This document shows, one piece after another, positions 1-9,346 of a stretch of DNA of 64,000 nt (position 1 is the first letter of the stretch; the number at the start of each line of letters is the position of its first letter). This stretch comes from an uncultured Spirochaetales bacterium (lineage in GTDB: Bacteria; Spirochaetota; Spirochaetia; JAFGXN01). The notes beneath the pieces are model-generated. The model ran no database searches and was not told the DNA's origin. It saw only the letters and a program-made list of their open reading frames with translations. The DNA lies in NCBI GenBank assembly GCA_949289575.1, contig CASEOG010000002.1:160254-224253 (forward strand). Direction: 5' to 3'. The translations under genes and the position numbers were made by a program.

Positions 1-2
1 GT

Positions 3-299
3 GCCGTCCATTCGTTTGTCCGTTACGGCGTGTCGGGGACCGAAAACCGGTCGGGAATCCTGATTTTTATATCGCTTTTCGAACGGCAGGTTGTGATTTT
101 GGCAGATAAAGGGATTAACGAAAAAGTCGGTTCGGATACCTGGAAAACGGTTTCCGACCGGATTGCGGCGGGAATGAAAGCGGGACAGCCGGCCGAGGCC
201 ATTGCCGAGGCGGTTGCGTCGTGCCGCGATCTGCTGGCGACTCATTTTCCGCCGACAGCGGAAAATCCCAACGAATTACCCGACTTTATCATGGAGTGA
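3..299 (+). CDS. TPM domain-containing protein, 5' end cut off by the window edge
   Basis: Frame is open from position 3 (AVHSFVRYGVSGTENRSGILIFISLFERQVVILADKGI...NPNELPD). This is typical of the C-terminal TPM-type domain (T..R.G.LI..S..E..V.I.AD.GI). Confidence 0.75.
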   Translation, partial: AVHSFVRYGVSGTENRSGILIFISLFERQVVILADKGINEKVGSDTWKTVSDRIAAGMKAGQPAEAIAEAVASCRDLLATHFPPTAENPNELPDFIME

Positions 300-303
300 A
301 CAG

Positions 304-885
304 ATGAAACGCATTTTCAGTATCGTATTCTGTCTGATGTCGTTTTCGCTTTTTGCGGTTGCCGGCGACAGGAACGAAAAACCGATTGATTTCGAAAATC
401 CCGGACTGATTGATCAGACCGGAACCTTTTCTCCCGAATTCATTAATGAACAGAATCTCCGGATAAAAGAGTTCACGGAGAAAACCGGGATCATTCTGCG
501 TGTGATTTACACCTCGACAGCCGATATGACGGCCGCTACGGGGACTCTGTTAAAAGGAATCGATGATTCCCGCTACGCTCTGCTTTGGATTTGTGTCAGG
601 AATCAGGGGGCCTATTATGCGGTCGGGGATGCGCTTTTCGATGTCTATACAACAAAGGCGTGTACTTACATCAAGGCAAAAACGGAAAAAGCAATGCGCA
701 GGAAAACTCCGGAAGAGGCGGTATCCGGCTGCATTTCTTATTCTGTCAGCTACGGCGAGAAAACGGTTGTCGGCCGGTTTTTCTACGAATACGGTATAGC
801 GGTCTTTCTCGTTTTGATTCTCTGTTTCGGAGTTTCGATGGGAGTGGTATTCCGCAAAAGGCAGAATCCGTTTTCGAAGAAATGA
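304..885 (+). CDS. Secreted/membrane protein with TPM-like domain
   Basis: Start at MKRIFSIVFCLMSFSLFA (signal peptide). Contains a LIDQTGTFS...I.EF.EKTG...V pattern and a C-terminal TM helix, and lies next to another TPM gene. Confidence 0.55.
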   Translation: MKRIFSIVFCLMSFSLFAVAGDRNEKPIDFENPGLIDQTGTFSPEFINEQNLRIKEFTEKTGIILRVIYTSTADMTAATGTLLKGIDDSRYALLWICVRNQGAYYAVGDALFDVYTTKACTYIKAKTEKAMRRKTPEEAVSGCISYSVSYGEKTVVGRFFYEYGIAVFLVLILCFGVSMGVVFRKRQNPFSKK

Positions 886-1889
886 AAAAATATGCCGGAC
901 GTTTACCCGGCTGTCCGCTCATGCTGGGAACATGGCGGTTGAGCGGATGGATGTGGGGCGGAAACGATAAACAAACCGCTATCCGTACAATTTATGCGGC
1001 CGCAGATAACGGTATCGACGGTATCGATACGGCGCCTGTTTACGGATTCGGCCGAATCGAGGAGTGGATCGGAGAAGCCGTTCGCGGACGCCGGCACACG
1101 GTTTATATAGCCGATAAATGCGGAATGGTGTGGAACACACCGTCGGGGAAACGGGCTTTTGAATCCGATGAACAGGCCGTTATTGCCGGCGGTCCTTATC
1201 GGGTTCGTCTTTGGCTCCATCCCGATTCGATACGCAGAGAATTGGAGATGTCGCTTCGGCGGTTGAAAACCGATTTTATCGATCTGTATCAGGTCCACTG
1301 GTATGACGGAATCACGGCCTGGGACGATATTATGGAAACTCTGATAAGATTCAGGGAAGAAGGCAAAATCGGAGAAATCGGATTATGCAACGTTTCGACC
1401 GAAAAGATTCTCCGGTGTCTGAAAACCGCACCGGTGGCATCGGATCAGGAACGGCTCAGTCTGTTGGACAGAAAAGCGGAAAAAAACAATGCCGCTTTTT
1501 GCCGGAAGAGAGGAATCGGATTTCTGGCCTATTCGTCTCTGGCATCGGGTCTGCTGGCCTGTGAGTCTCTGGTCGGGAAAGAATATTCACCGTCGGACCA
1601 GAGGACGGTTTCCCCGCGGTTTGCCCCGGAAAAACGGGAGCGGGCCGCCTCTCTGCTTCGCGAATTGGGTCCGTTCCGCGAGAAATACGGTCTCGATTGT
1701 GCCGGATTTGCGACGGCATGGGTGCTGAATATTCCGGGAGTGACGCATGTGCTGGCAGGAGCCGGTAATCCGGATCAGATAGAAAACAGCCGAAAGGCAG
1801 TCGGTATAAAAATTTCGCCGGAAGATATGACAGCAATCGGGGGCATCGTGTCCCGTTACGATGGCGATTTTCCGACACCGAAACATTAA
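882..1889 (+). CDS. Aldo/keto reductase
   Basis: Motifs LGTW, IDTAPVYG, ADKCG, DLYQVHW and YSSLASGLL. ATGA overlap with the upstream stop at 882-885. Confidence 0.92.
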   Translation: MKKYAGRLPGCPLMLGTWRLSGWMWGGNDKQTAIRTIYAAADNGIDGIDTAPVYGFGRIEEWIGEAVRGRRHTVYIADKCGMVWNTPSGKRAFESDEQAVIAGGPYRVRLWLHPDSIRRELEMSLRRLKTDFIDLYQVHWYDGITAWDDIMETLIRFREEGKIGEIGLCNVSTEKILRCLKTAPVASDQERLSLLDRKAEKNNAAFCRKRGIGFLAYSSLASGLLACESLVGKEYSPSDQRTVSPRFAPEKRERAASLLRELGPFREKYGLDCAGFATAWVLNIPGVTHVLAGAGNPDQIENSRKAVGIKISPEDMTAIGGIVSRYDGDFPTPKH

Positions 1890-1898
1890 AAGGAGTGT

Positions 1899-2432
1899 GT
1901 GATGATTACCAATGATTCAGTTTTGAAAGCTCTGAAAAAAACACCTAACTTTCGTTCGTTTCCGGATGAAGGACTTCTGAAGCTGATTGAAATCGGTCAG
2001 ATTCTCGAATTCAACAAAAGAGATTATATTTACAAGGAAACCCGAAAAGAAGAGGGAGAGAGCGAACATTCGGAAAGTTTTTTTATCATTGTCAAAGGGT
2101 GTGTCGATGTTTCGATTGTCGAAGATAATCACGAAGTTTATCTGTGTACGCTGGGGGAAGGCGAAACACTCGGCGAAACCGGTATCTTTCCGGGAATGGG
2201 GCGTGTCGACAATGTCATGCCCGTCGAAGATACCAGGATTCTGGAAATCAAAAAAGAAAACTTCATGAAATTCATGAAAGAATATCAGAGTGCTTCCAAT
2301 CAGATACTGTTAATTATGATCAGCTGTCTTATAAAAAAACTGCAACGTTCCAACCGGGATCTGGCTTTCGAACGCCGCGGAGATTTCTCACAGAGTATGA
2401 TTGACGAACTGATTCATGAGATTTCCGAATAG
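1899..2432 (+). CDS. Stand-alone cyclic-nucleotide-binding (Crp-type) domain protein with no HTH
   Basis: FFIIVKGCVDV...LGEGETLGETGIF....RVDNV cNMP pattern; AGGAG SD upstream. Confidence 0.85.
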   Translation: MMITNDSVLKALKKTPNFRSFPDEGLLKLIEIGQILEFNKRDYIYKETRKEEGESEHSESFFIIVKGCVDVSIVEDNHEVYLCTLGEGETLGETGIFPGMGRVDNVMPVEDTRILEIKKENFMKFMKEYQSASNQILLIMISCLIKKLQRSNRDLAFERRGDFSQSMIDELIHEISE

Positions 2433-2918
2433 AAGCCTGTCGGCTTTTGCAATCGGCTGCGATTGTATCACGGTCCTCAGACACTCGGAAAGACTGTTGC
2501 CGTAAACGGTATCGGAATCGCTGATTTCCGATAAAGGAGCCAGAACAAAAGCCCGCTCGAATAATCGCGGATGAGGAATCAGCAGGGTATCGGTTTCTAC
2601 GGTTTCCCGGGAGGAGAGAAAAAGCAAATCGATATCGATAATTCGCGGACCGTTCGGGATTGTCTTAATCCGCCCGAAGTCGGCTTCGATCTGCTTTGTG
2701 TAGCGGTGGAACTGTTCGACAGGAAGGTCGGTCTCGACAAAGCAGCACAGATTGAGAAAATCGTTCTGATCGGCATAGCCGACCGGGGCTGTAATGTAAG
2801 CACTGCTGATCAAACCGGGGCGGACATGGGGCAGTTGAGACAGGGAAAGAAGCGCCCGGTGCATATTGGCGACAGTGTTGCCGATATTGGTTCCGAGACT
2901 GAGTGCGATTTTATTCAT
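2388..2918 (-). CDS. folK: 2-amino-4-hydroxy-6-hydroxymethyldihydropteridine diphosphokinase
   Basis: IALSLGTNIG, QNDFLN, GPRIIDIDLL and IPHPRLFERAFVLAPL motifs. Confidence 0.96.
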   Translation of the reverse strand: MNKIALSLGTNIGNTVANMHRALLSLSQLPHVRPGLISSAYITAPVGYADQNDFLNLCCFVETDLPVEQFHRYTKQIEADFGRIKTIPNGPRIIDIDLLFLSSRETVETDTLLIPHPRLFERAFVLAPLSEISDSDTVYGNSLSECLRTVIQSQPIAKADRLLFGNLMNQFVNHTL

Positions 2919-3747
2919 AAGGATACCGCCTGTTCGGATAGAGTGCGGCCGCCGTTAATGCGGCTTCTTTGTTAATACGGACATCATGGACCCGGAACAG
3001 GTCGACTCCGGCGGCGACCCCGGCAGCTGTCGTGACTGCCGTGGCGACAGCCCGCTCTTTCGGCGTTCCCTGAAAGAGGGTAGCGAACATCCGTTTTCGG
3101 GAGGTTCCCAACAGAAGAGGATATCCGAACGAATGCAGTTCTTTCAGACGGCGAAGAACCTCGAAGGATTGCGCCGGTTCCATGCCGAACCCGATACCCG
3201 GATCCAAAATAATATTTTCTTCCTTAACACCGGCTTTCAAGGCTGTTTCTATCGATACAGACAAAAACCGTTTGATATCGTCCATAATATCGTCACCGAC
3301 CGGGTAGCCGAAATGATTACTCATCAGGCAGACGGGGCAGCCGGCCGAGGCGGCAACGGAAGCCATTTCGGGATCTTTTTGGAATCCCCATACATCATTA
3401 ATCATATCGGCACCCCACTCGAGAGCGGCAGCCGCTGTCCGCGCCTTAAAGGTGTCTACGGAAACAGGTATCGTTGAGGTTTTTATCGATTCGGCAACTG
3501 TCGACAGCCGGCGAATTTCCTCTTCCGCGGAAACGGGAGAACTGCCGGGGCGGGTCGATTCCGCTCCGATATCGATAATGTCGGCGCCTTCGGCTTTCAT
3601 TTTCTGCCATTGGGCCGAAGCCTTTTCTTCGGACAGAAAATCACCGCCGTCGCTGAACGAGTCCGGAGTCACATTGAGAATTCCCATTATCAGAGGAGTT
3701 TGTCCCAAAGAAAGTGTATATCGGCCGAAAGAAAGTGTCTTTGTCAT
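2911..3747 (-). CDS. folP: Dihydropteroate synthase
   Basis: IMGILNVTPDSFSDGG, DIGAESTRPG, DPGIGFG, GTSRKR and FRVHDV motifs. Start reassigned to MTKTL (3747), which overlaps the folE stop. Confidence 0.96.
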   Translation of the reverse strand: MTKTLSFGRYTLSLGQTPLIMGILNVTPDSFSDGGDFLSEEKASAQWQKMKAEGADIIDIGAESTRPGSSPVSAEEEIRRLSTVAESIKTSTIPVSVDTFKARTAAAALEWGADMINDVWGFQKDPEMASVAASAGCPVCLMSNHFGYPVGDDIMDDIKRFLSVSIETALKAGVKEENIILDPGIGFGMEPAQSFEVLRRLKELHSFGYPLLLGTSRKRMFATLFQGTPKERAVATAVTTAAGVAAGVDLFRVHDVRINKEAALTAAALYPNRRYPYE

Positions 3748-4307
3748 TCTGATTTTGAGGTCAGCATCAGCGCTTCGGTGCGCAGAGCCGTGTCTGTGCG
3801 GTAGATGCCGCGCGCGGCAACCGTTACTGTTTTTGATCCCTGCTTGCGGATACCGCGCATGGACATGCATAAGTGTTCGGCACTCACTGTTACGAGGACG
3901 CCGAGCGGGTTCAGTTTCTCCGTCAGGGCATCGGCAATCTGGGCCGTCAGATTTTCCTGAATTTGCGGACGCCGGGCGGCCGATTCCACAACACGGGCGA
4001 TTTTACTGAGACCCGTAATTTTCCGGTTTCGCGGCAGATAAATGACCGAGACCGTGCCGAAAAACGGCAGGAGATGATGCTCGCACATCGAATGAAAAGG
4101 AATTCCGCAAACCGCAACCGGGTCGTCGGAGTCGGCTTCGAAAAAGATATTTAATGCGTCGGCCGGATTTTTTCCGATACCGGAGAAAATCTCTTCGTAC
4201 ATGGATGCTATCCGACGGGGCGTCTCTTTCAACCCTTCCCGTTCGCTGTTTTCGCCTGTCGCTTCGATAATCATCCTGACAGCCGCTTCGATTTTGTCTC
4301 TGTCCAT
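3744..4307 (-). CDS. folE: GTP cyclohydrolase I
   Basis: REGLKETPRR, SMCEHHLLPF, GLSKIAR, RPQIQE and HLCMSMRG motifs. Confidence 0.97.
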   Translation of the reverse strand: MDRDKIEAAVRMIIEATGENSEREGLKETPRRIASMYEEIFSGIGKNPADALNIFFEADSDDPVAVCGIPFHSMCEHHLLPFFGTVSVIYLPRNRKITGLSKIARVVESAARRPQIQENLTAQIADALTEKLNPLGVLVTVSAEHLCMSMRGIRKQGSKTVTVAARGIYRTDTALRTEALMLTSKSE

Positions 4308-4341
4308 GCCTTACCTTATCAGAAAAGAGGAAAAGTTGCAA
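4308..4341 (-). promoter_or_regulatory. Putative sigma70 promoter of the fol operon
   Basis: TTGCAA (4336-4341), 17 bp spacer, TGa-TAAGGT (4313-4318); only 5 nt to the ATG. Confidence 0.5.
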
Positions 4342-4351
4342 ACGAAACGCT

Positions 4352-4379
4352 TTGCATTTTTATAAATTAACGGTATAGT
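4352..4379 (+). promoter_or_regulatory. Putative sigma70 promoter of the U32 gene
   Basis: TTGCAT, 16 bp spacer, TATAGT; GAGG SD before 4393. Confidence 0.5.
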
Positions 4380-4392
4380 GAATATGAGGTAG

Positions 4393-6594
4393 ATGATGAC
4401 AGAACTGTTGGCGCCTGCCGGCAACTGGGAATGTGCCGTTACGGCATTTGAAGCCGGAGCGGATGCCGTTTATGCCGGGTTGGCCCGCTTTAATGCACGC
4501 GAACGCAACCGCAATTTTACTTATGAAGAAATGAGCCGTTTGAGCCGTTACGCAAAAGATCACGGAAAGAAATTTTACGTGACAATGAATACACTGATAA
4601 AAGATTCCGAAATCGGTGATTTTACCGATGAGCTCGAGGCTCTGTCCCGTCTGGACCCCGATGCGCTGATTCTTCAGGACTTGGGGGCGCTGAAGATTTG
4701 CCGTGATTTTTTTCCCGAATTTCGTATTCACGCATCGACTCAGATGGGGATTCACAACAGTGCCGGATTGCGGACAGCCGCAAAACTCGGTGTTTCCCGC
4801 GTTATTTTGGAGCGGCAGCTGCTGTTTGATGAAATCGCCGCTATGGCAAAAGACCGCCCGACGGAATTGGAAGTGTTTATTCACGGAGCCTTGTGCTGCA
4901 GTCTCTCGGGAATGTGCCATTTTTCTTCGATCCAGGGCGGTTTCAGCGGCAACAGAGGGAAATGCAAACAACCGTGCCGACGTCTTTATCGGAACGGGGA
5001 GGGACAGACAGCGCCTTTCTTTTCACCCGACGATCTTCGGGCGGTTTCGCTGATTCATTCCTTTAAAGAAATCGGAATCGAGTCGTATAAAATAGAAGGA
5101 AGACTCAAGCGCGCCGATTATGTGAGGCAGACAGTGACGGCTTACCGTCTGCTTCTTGACGGAGATGCGTCCGATCTCCGTTTGCAGCGCGAAGCGTCCC
5201 GTATTCTGCAGGGAGGGGCGGTTCGTTCGTCGGGGACCGGATTTTATTCGGATGACAGCCGGGCCGCTTTGCTCGGACGCCGCTCGGTGCAGGCCGGAGA
5301 AGCGGCGGCGGAAACGGTATCGGTCTCCGGAAGCCGATGGACGGCAAAGTCTCTGACCGAAATTCATCGCGGCGATAAACTTCGGCTGCCCGAAAATGCC
5401 GGGGCCGGAATTGTGACTTTGACTGATATTGAGAGCGACGGACGGAAGGTGGCGGCGGTTCGTGCGAACAGGCTCTTCTCGTTCACGGTCCGTTCCGGAT
5501 GTTCGGGAGACACCGGTCGGAAAAGAGTCTTTGCCGGAACAGTCTTGTATCGGGTCGGGAGTCAGAGCGGAAAATCGGCGGAAGCGCTTGAACGGATGAA
5601 GCGGTATGACGAAAGGCGGCCGCTGCCTTTGACGGTCCGTCTGGACGGAGAAGGGCTGACGGTTTCGGTGACCGGAAAACCGGAAACCGGCTGCCGGTTC
5701 CCCTACGAGGCCGAAGCGGCTCAAAACGCCCCGGTAACGGTCGATGATCTGGTTCGCCTTTTTTCGCACAGCGGCGGCCGCGACTGGAAAGCGGGGGCGG
5801 TAACCGGCGATGTGACGGCGGCATATTTTGTTCCTGTCTCGGTGCGCAAGCAGTGGCGGCGGCAGTTGGAGCAGATGTGGGAAGAGGCTCCCGTACGCAG
5901 TCGGCCGCGGCGGGAGGCGGTTCTTGCGGCCGCAGCCCGGTTTGCGGCGGCACGATTCGCGGATGAAACCGTTACCGCGTTCGGCAGCCGCAGGACTCCC
6001 GACGGGAGCCCTGCGCTTCGGTGCGACCCGATCGGCCGTATCGGAAAAGAAACGGATGAAGTGGTGCTGCCTTTTTTTCTTCCCGAACCGCAGACCGGCA
6101 GTTTTCAGACGGTGATCGATAAAGCCGCAGCCTGCGGTGTCCGGCGTTTTCGGCTGACGTCACTCTGGCAGCTGGCGTTCCGGTACCCGCACAATGCGGT
6201 ATTGACAGCGGCACACCCTCTGCCGGCAGCCAACGCGTTTGCCGCCCGTCTGCTGGCGGAATCCGGTTGCGGACGAATCCAAATCTGGCCCGAATTGGGA
6301 GAAGAAGAGGCTGCACTCGCTTACGAATCTTTCGGGTGCGTCTGCGAACGGTTTGTTTTCGGTTCATTTCCCGTACTGGCGACACGGGCGGCGCTTCCGG
6401 AAGGGGACTATATCGCTGCCGAAACGGAATCCTCTCTGCGTTACTGGCAGGCGACGGCAGATGCCGTTTCCGGTTGTGTCCTTCTGTATCCGAAAGCGGC
6501 CGTATCGGCAAAAAGAGTCGCCGGCTGCGGATCCTTCTATGCGGAAAATGAATTTTCCGAAAAATTTCTTGTTTCTTTCCCTTCCATGAGTTAA
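4393..6594 (+). CDS. Peptidase U32 family Fe-S protein, long RlhA-like form (probable RNA hydroxylase)
   Basis: ELLAPAGN, GADAVY, EVFIHGALCCSLSGMC...NRGKCKQPCR and KIEGRLK motifs; 733 aa. Confidence 0.85.
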   Translation: MMTELLAPAGNWECAVTAFEAGADAVYAGLARFNARERNRNFTYEEMSRLSRYAKDHGKKFYVTMNTLIKDSEIGDFTDELEALSRLDPDALILQDLGALKICRDFFPEFRIHASTQMGIHNSAGLRTAAKLGVSRVILERQLLFDEIAAMAKDRPTELEVFIHGALCCSLSGMCHFSSIQGGFSGNRGKCKQPCRRLYRNGEGQTAPFFSPDDLRAVSLIHSFKEIGIESYKIEGRLKRADYVRQTVTAYRLLLDGDASDLRLQREASRILQGGAVRSSGTGFYSDDSRAALLGRRSVQAGEAAAETVSVSGSRWTAKSLTEIHRGDKLRLPENAGAGIVTLTDIESDGRKVAAVRANRLFSFTVRSGCSGDTGRKRVFAGTVLYRVGSQSGKSAEALERMKRYDERRPLPLTVRLDGEGLTVSVTGKPETGCRFPYEAEAAQNAPVTVDDLVRLFSHSGGRDWKAGAVTGDVTAAYFVPVSVRKQWRRQLEQMWEEAPVRSRPRREAVLAAAARFAAARFADETVTAFGSRRTPDGSPALRCDPIGRIGKETDEVVLPFFLPEPQTGSFQTVIDKAAACGVRRFRLTSLWQLAFRYPHNAVLTAAHPLPAANAFAARLLAESGCGRIQIWPELGEEEAALAYESFGCVCERFVFGSFPVLATRAALPEGDYIAAETESSLRYWQATADAVSGCVLLYPKAAVSAKRVAGCGSFYAENEFSEKFLVSFPSMS

Positions 6595-6642
6595 AGTGAA
6601 GAAGATATTTTCCGGAGCTGCCGGGAGGGGGTATGTTCGAAT

Positions 6643-9297
6643 TTGGCCGGATATCCGCATTTGTTTAATCTGATTCCTCAGAAAAGTTACAAAAAGATAT
6701 TTTTTGCTTCGGCTTTCGTTTTTGCGATTGCCGTTGCGGGCATATTCTTTTTCCGATATTTTCTTCACAAGGAACTGGAACACTATTCCGATGTTCAGAT
6801 TTATGATTACGCCGGTAATCAGGAGCTCTATTTCCACGGACAGATGGAGGCTCTTCACGATTATATCCATTTTTTCTCTTCGCGGATCGAGTATATGCGG
6901 AAGAATCGGAAAACGGATCGCGAGATTTTTGCCGAAATTCTTCCGAGTGTTTTTTATGTCCGGTTTCTCTATTCCGGTATTCTTTTCGGAAACGGCGACT
7001 GCTGGTATTCGGACGGAGAGACTCTGCTTCGGGACCTCTATTCCGGCTCCCTTCAGCGCATTTTCACCGGGCATACCGACGAAATCTTTTCTTTGGTGAA
7101 TGAAATAAACGGAGAAAGATATCTTTCGATCTTTAAAGCAATCGAGTGGTCGCCCGATGAAACGGCCTATGCTTTTGCATCGGTTCCGTTTTCTCATTTA
7201 TCCGAGATGCTCTTTATTCCTCCCGGAGAGAGAAATTCGGTTCTTCTTGTAGATCCGGATACGATGTCGATTTTTTTTAATAGCGGAAAGGATGAAACAG
7301 ATCGGATATCCTCTTTTCGGGAATATATGGAAAGAATCGGAATGCACAGGTTTTCCGGCGAAATGATGACCTCCATCAGAAACGGAAGGTCCTGTCTGAT
7401 CAATCAACCGAATATCAGCCGCCGAATACTTTTCCAGAAACCTCTGAATTACGAAAATTGGAGTCTTGTTGTTTCCATGTCGGCCGACTTTGACAGCCGG
7501 TTGCGGGAAAATGTCATGCTCTGGTTTCTGTTTTTCTCTCTCGGCATTATTTTTCTGATTATAGGACTGCTTCTTTACATTATTCACAGTACCCGCATCA
7601 ATGCCACGATTCTGTCGAAAACCCGGAACAGAATTTTGTTTCAACAGCAGAATTTCGACGTGATAGCGGATAATTACAACGGCGGTATTGTGATGACGCA
7701 GATTGACGGAACCGGGAAAATTCTGTACTGCAATCAGGGGGCTCTCGATCTTTTCGGATATACAATGGACGAAATTCGGTTTGTTCTTCACGGGGAAACC
7801 GGGAAATTATTCGAGAATGACTCGTTTTCCGAATTTCGAAAATTCTATGATCCGGTCTCGGGCGGACGGGATAAAATTCAGGCCGACGTCCGAATGAAAA
7901 AGAAGGACGGGACTGTCTTCTGGTGTCGGATACAGGGGCGGATTGTCTCTGACGAAAACGGCGATCAATGCGGTATTTGGGCTGTTTACGACATCGATGA
8001 GAGGAAAAAACTGGAAGAAAGACTGTCCCGGTCTGAATCTCTTTTGCGTGTTTCGTCGGGACTGACATCGGATCTTGTTTTTTGTTATCATTTTGATACA
8101 CGGACAATCGATACACCGAATGAAGCTTTGCTGAATAAAGGGTTTCCCCGTCGTATGATCAATGCTCCCGAAAAACTGATTCGGAAAGGATATATTCACC
8201 CGGATTCGGTTGCCGATTTGAGGGAACTGCTTCGGCGGGCGGAAGCGGGCGAACCCGATGTCTCCGGCGTTCTTCGCCTTTGTCCCGACGGCAGTGTGTC
8301 GCAATGGTTTGACGTCAGATTTTCGGTACGCAACGGCTCGTCGTACGCCATTGTTGTCATGCGTGATATCACGAAAGAAAAGAGCAGTGAAATTCGTTAT
8401 GTTCACGAGTTGAATTACAGAAAAGCCTCGTTGGCCGGTGTTCTGGCTTCTTATGAGTTCAATATATCGGAAGACAAAATTATCGGAGCACCCGAATCCA
8501 CCGAATCGGCGGCCGGTAACGGCTCATTCTCGAAATTTACGCAGTGGTATATCGATCACATGGTTCACCCGGAAGACAGACAGGCGGTCGGTATCTTTTT
8601 TGAAAAAACCCGGCTTCGCAAAACTTTCTCCGGGGGAGGCGGTTCCGATCATATCGATTACAGGGAAACGAAAGAACCGGGAATGTGGAGATGGGTCAGA
8701 GCGTCCGTTACGCTGTTTCTGAATCCGCAGAACGAAGATTTATGCATGAGACTGCATTTGAGTGACATCAGTTCCGAAAAGGAACAGGAACTGGCACTGC
8801 GCCGGCGTGCGGAATTCGACTCTCTTCTGGAAATTCCCAACCGATATTTCTATGAAGATATTGTTTCCGCCTCGCTTAAGCAGTTCGGACCGGAAAACGG
8901 TTGTGCGGTGTTTGCCGTTTTTGATGTCGATGACTTTAAATCCATAAACGATACATACGGACATCAGGCGGGAGATCATGCTTTGCGGCAGATGGCGAAT
9001 GCAATGAAGTTCGTTTTCCCGGGGAACGCCTCTTTTGTCGGCCGTTTGGGTGGTGATGAATTCTCGGTTTATTTATACGGACGGCAGTCGATTGAGGAAG
9101 CGGTGTCCGAATTTTCGCAGTTTATCGAATATCTGAACCGTACATTTTTGCCGTTTGACGGGACACGCCGTCTGACCGTTTCCGTCGGCTGTACACGCGT
9201 TCTTGCGGGTGATACTTTCGAGACGGTTTACAGTCGTGCCGATGCGGCACTCTATAAGGCCAAGAGTCGGGGTAAGAATTGTGTCGTAGCCGATTGA
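6643..9297 (+). CDS. Membrane-anchored PAS/GGDEF diguanylate cyclase
   Basis: Two TM segments flank an extracytoplasmic (Cache-like) region, followed by PAS/PAC repeats (VHPED, W.....G), DVDDFKSINDTYGHQAGD and an intact GGDEF. Start codon uncertain (TTG). Confidence 0.92.
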   Translation: MAGYPHLFNLIPQKSYKKIFFASAFVFAIAVAGIFFFRYFLHKELEHYSDVQIYDYAGNQELYFHGQMEALHDYIHFFSSRIEYMRKNRKTDREIFAEILPSVFYVRFLYSGILFGNGDCWYSDGETLLRDLYSGSLQRIFTGHTDEIFSLVNEINGERYLSIFKAIEWSPDETAYAFASVPFSHLSEMLFIPPGERNSVLLVDPDTMSIFFNSGKDETDRISSFREYMERIGMHRFSGEMMTSIRNGRSCLINQPNISRRILFQKPLNYENWSLVVSMSADFDSRLRENVMLWFLFFSLGIIFLIIGLLLYIIHSTRINATILSKTRNRILFQQQNFDVIADNYNGGIVMTQIDGTGKILYCNQGALDLFGYTMDEIRFVLHGETGKLFENDSFSEFRKFYDPVSGGRDKIQADVRMKKKDGTVFWCRIQGRIVSDENGDQCGIWAVYDIDERKKLEERLSRSESLLRVSSGLTSDLVFCYHFDTRTIDTPNEALLNKGFPRRMINAPEKLIRKGYIHPDSVADLRELLRRAEAGEPDVSGVLRLCPDGSVSQWFDVRFSVRNGSSYAIVVMRDITKEKSSEIRYVHELNYRKASLAGVLASYEFNISEDKIIGAPESTESAAGNGSFSKFTQWYIDHMVHPEDRQAVGIFFEKTRLRKTFSGGGGSDHIDYRETKEPGMWRWVRASVTLFLNPQNEDLCMRLHLSDISSEKEQELALRRRAEFDSLLEIPNRYFYEDIVSASLKQFGPENGCAVFAVFDVDDFKSINDTYGHQAGDHALRQMANAMKFVFPGNASFVGRLGGDEFSVYLYGRQSIEEAVSEFSQFIEYLNRTFLPFDGTRRLTVSVGCTRVLAGDTFETVYSRADAALYKAKSRGKNCVVAD

Positions 9298-9312
9298 TTT
9301 TACCGTTTTTTC

Positions 9313-9346
9313 TTGCCGAATTCGGAAATTCGTTATAAAATAAAAG
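9313..9346 (+). promoter_or_regulatory. Putative sigma70 promoter directly abutting the lipoprotein start
   Basis: TTGCCG (9313-9318), 17 bp spacer, TAAAAT (9336-9341), then 5 nt to ATGATG; no SD. Confidence 0.6.
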
